Assembly (NCBI GenBank): GCA_002633005.1
Contig: NMRA01000038.1
Span: forward strand, 386,786 to 450,785
Direction of reading: 5' to 3'
From: Phoronis australis
Taxonomy: Eukaryota; Animalia; Phoronida
DNA: 64,000 nt
Positions within the stretch are counted from its first letter, which is position 1. Each line of letters starts with the position of its first letter. The notes under the pieces are model-generated. The model made no database searches. It was not told the DNA's origin and saw only the letters and a list, made by a program, of their open reading frames with translations. The translations under genes were made by a program, and so were the position numbers. Shown here piece after piece: positions 61,901 through 64,000 of this stretch.

Positions 61901-63153
61901 CTAAAAGTGGAACACTTAAAACAAAATTCTCAACCGTGTTTTTTGTAGAATAGAAGTATACACAATATCTGGAATCCAATCAGCCATTCCTGAGATGTTC
62001 CAAAGTTAATCAAATTTGCACATTTTTCTAGAGTTCAATATAACCTTAAAGAATAATACTCCTCAGCATTATGGTAAGGAAATAATACGTCTTTGGATGC
62101 TTTTTATAAGGAAATCTTACCACAAAGTGTTGCTGTGGATACTGAGAGGTACAACATCTTCATGTAAACATCAATGAGTAGAACAGGGTCGCTGTCATTA
62201 TGCGGAACTTCACCAATAAATGTCCAGCTCTTGCGCTGTAAACGAGTCATGAACAGTAAAATCTATGCGAACAAATATTGATACAAAAACTTTAAAAAAT
62301 GTTTGATGGCCAACATCAACGTGTCTGCCTGCAATGTTGAAATCTTTTTCAAGATTTTGGAAAATTTAAAAAACAAAATTGTACATTTCTGCTATACCAA
62401 CATATCTTAAATAGGTGAGATTTTCACACAAATAGAATTTACTTAAATTTCAGCACTTTTTTCGAAACAGTGGCACAACTTTACAAGGTCAGACAGTTTA
62501 CAGTACTGGTGCACAAAATTGTCGAAGATCACCTCAAGCAATTGGAAAAATGATGACCAACGAGGTGCATATTCACATTGAAGCATATTCTGAACTCCGC
62601 TCTAGAAGAAAACAAAAAAATCCAACCCTAAAATTACCGTAGGTAAATATAAAAATTGTACAATTTGGCCAAGCTTAATGCTGGTCTATTACTCTCACTG
62701 GTAAAGTGTCGACTGCTGAGAACAGTGTTTTATGTACACAAAATTATCTCTTCATTCAGTTTGCTCTGTATAAGTGAAGGCAGTTTTTAGGCACCAAATT
62801 GGAGGATAGTGGAGATTAGACCTTGGTCGAATTCATAAAATGAGATAAACAGCTTGCCACTAATAACCAGTGATTTCACTCCTGCATAAAAAATAACCAC
62901 TAATTTTTGAGAAAATAACATGGAACATTTATACAACAGGTGCATCAATACATATACAATATGGATAAGAAATAGTTACACCGCAGTAACAAAAGGAGTT
63001 TGATGAGTTAACAATTAAGTGAATATAAAGAACTAACCTCAAGTCTGTACGTCAAAGTGTACAACCCGGCGAATAAAAGCAAAGATGCAAAGTATGACTG
63101 TGCCAGAAGGATAGTGCTAACTTTGTGACTGACAAGCTGTTTGGTGAGTTTGG
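58928..63153 (-). CDS. Potassium-channel-like (KcsA / Ion_trans_2-type pore domain) membrane protein, 3' five exons, 5'-partial
   Basis: Exons 63153-63038, 62235-62121, 60496-60441, 59792-59633, 59118-58928 with GT-AG sites and compatible phases give KLTKQLVSHKVSTILLAQSYFASLLLFAGLYTLTYRLE|RKSWTFIGEVPHNDSDPVLLIDVYMKMLYLSVSTATLCG|SSSIGPKEWYNYLCMSAQ|MLLSFMYFTSILSQVMASNS...|LYGSTGRPTS...RESDMLLTE*: TM helix - turret - pore helix - P - TM helix architecture. Confidence 0.8.
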
Positions 63154-63394
63154 CTGAAAAATGCAACCTCAAAAATGTTCACAGGATGTAGGCCTTGGCC
63201 CGTTATACAATACCATTTTACAATGACAAAAGTTCAGCTCTCAGCACAGTTGCTCTTGAAATGTAGAATGCAGGCTTTTTAGTTCACAGAGATAGTGCCG
63301 GGCTTTGAAATAAGAGCTAACTACAACTCTTGCATTATCGTCAATAAATTTTGGCACACATCACTCAGGAAAGTGAAGTGACACAAAAAATGAA

Positions 63395-64000
63395 GACCAC
63401 TTGCTGTTATGAAATTGGGTCTCAACTTCGTCCTTAGTCAAAACAATGTTTCTAGACCACTTGTTGTTATGAAATTGGTCTCAAATTGGTCCTTAGTCAA
63501 AACAATGTTTGTAGACCACTTGCTGTTATGAAATCGGTCTCAAATTGGTCCTTAGTCAAAACAATGTTTCTAGACCACTTGCTATTGTGAAATTGGTCTC
63601 AAATTGGTCCTTAGTCAAAACAATGTTTCTAGACCACTTGTTATTATGAAATTGGTCTCAAATTGCCCTTAGTCAAAACAATGTTTCTAGACCACTTGCT
63701 GTTATGAAATTGGTCTCAAATTGCCCTTAGTCAAAACAATGTTTCTAGACCACTTGCTGTTATGAAATTGGTCTCAAATTGCCCTTAGTCAAAACAATGT
63801 TTCTAGACCACTTGCTATTATGAAATTGGTCTTAAATTGCCCTTAGTTAAAACAATGTTTATAGACCACTTGCTGCTATGAAATTGGTCTCAACTTGATC
63901 CTTAGTCAAAACAATGTTTCTAGACCACTTGCTGTTATGAAATTGGTCTCAAATTGCCCTTAGTCAAAACAATGTTTCTAGACCACTTGCTGTTATGAAA
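63395..64000. repeat. 58-bp satellite, >=10 copies, running off the window end
   Basis: Unit GACCACTTGCTGTTATGAAATTGGTCTCAAATTGCCCTTAGTCAAAACAATGTTTCTA with a few substitutions per copy. Confidence 0.95.

Noticed and set aside
62137-62142. U12-like donor GTATCC inside the channel pore exon
   Set aside because: Using it would delete VSTATLCG from the pore and break phase with the next exon; the downstream GTAAGA donor at 62120 fits.

Overview
An intron-rich, AT-rich animal (invertebrate-like) genomic window. I assembled four spliced protein-coding genes by hand from splice sites and recognisable motifs: LSG1 (+, 13 coding exons, 635 aa, 5822-18042), SSU72 (-, 5 coding exons, 193 aa, 36814-22684), WDR33 (+, 13 coding exons, 819 aa, 40724-56796) and the 3' part of an unnamed KcsA/Ion_trans_2-like channel gene (-, five exons, 63153-58928, 5' end beyond the window). 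LSG1 has an AT-AC minor (U12) intron and SSU72 a GT-AG U12-type intron. Introns and intergenic DNA contain tRNA-derived SINEs, hAT-like, Harbinger-like and Kolobok DNA-transposon derivatives (some nested), LINE fragments and several minisatellites. Main observations: (1) WDR33 coding exon 5 reads through a weak donor into a 54-aa hydrophobic tail followed by UGUA+AAUAAA, a candidate intronic-polyadenylation membrane isoform; (2) the channel has a non-canonical selectivity filter (TATLCGSSS instead of TxTTxGYG) and a dileucine-like tail motif; (3) an 82-bp tandem duplication creates a decoy copy of the SSU72 U12 branch point/acceptor; (4) two 3'-end-processing factors (SSU72, WDR33) lie head-to-head. 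No database searches were run; family names come from motif recognition.
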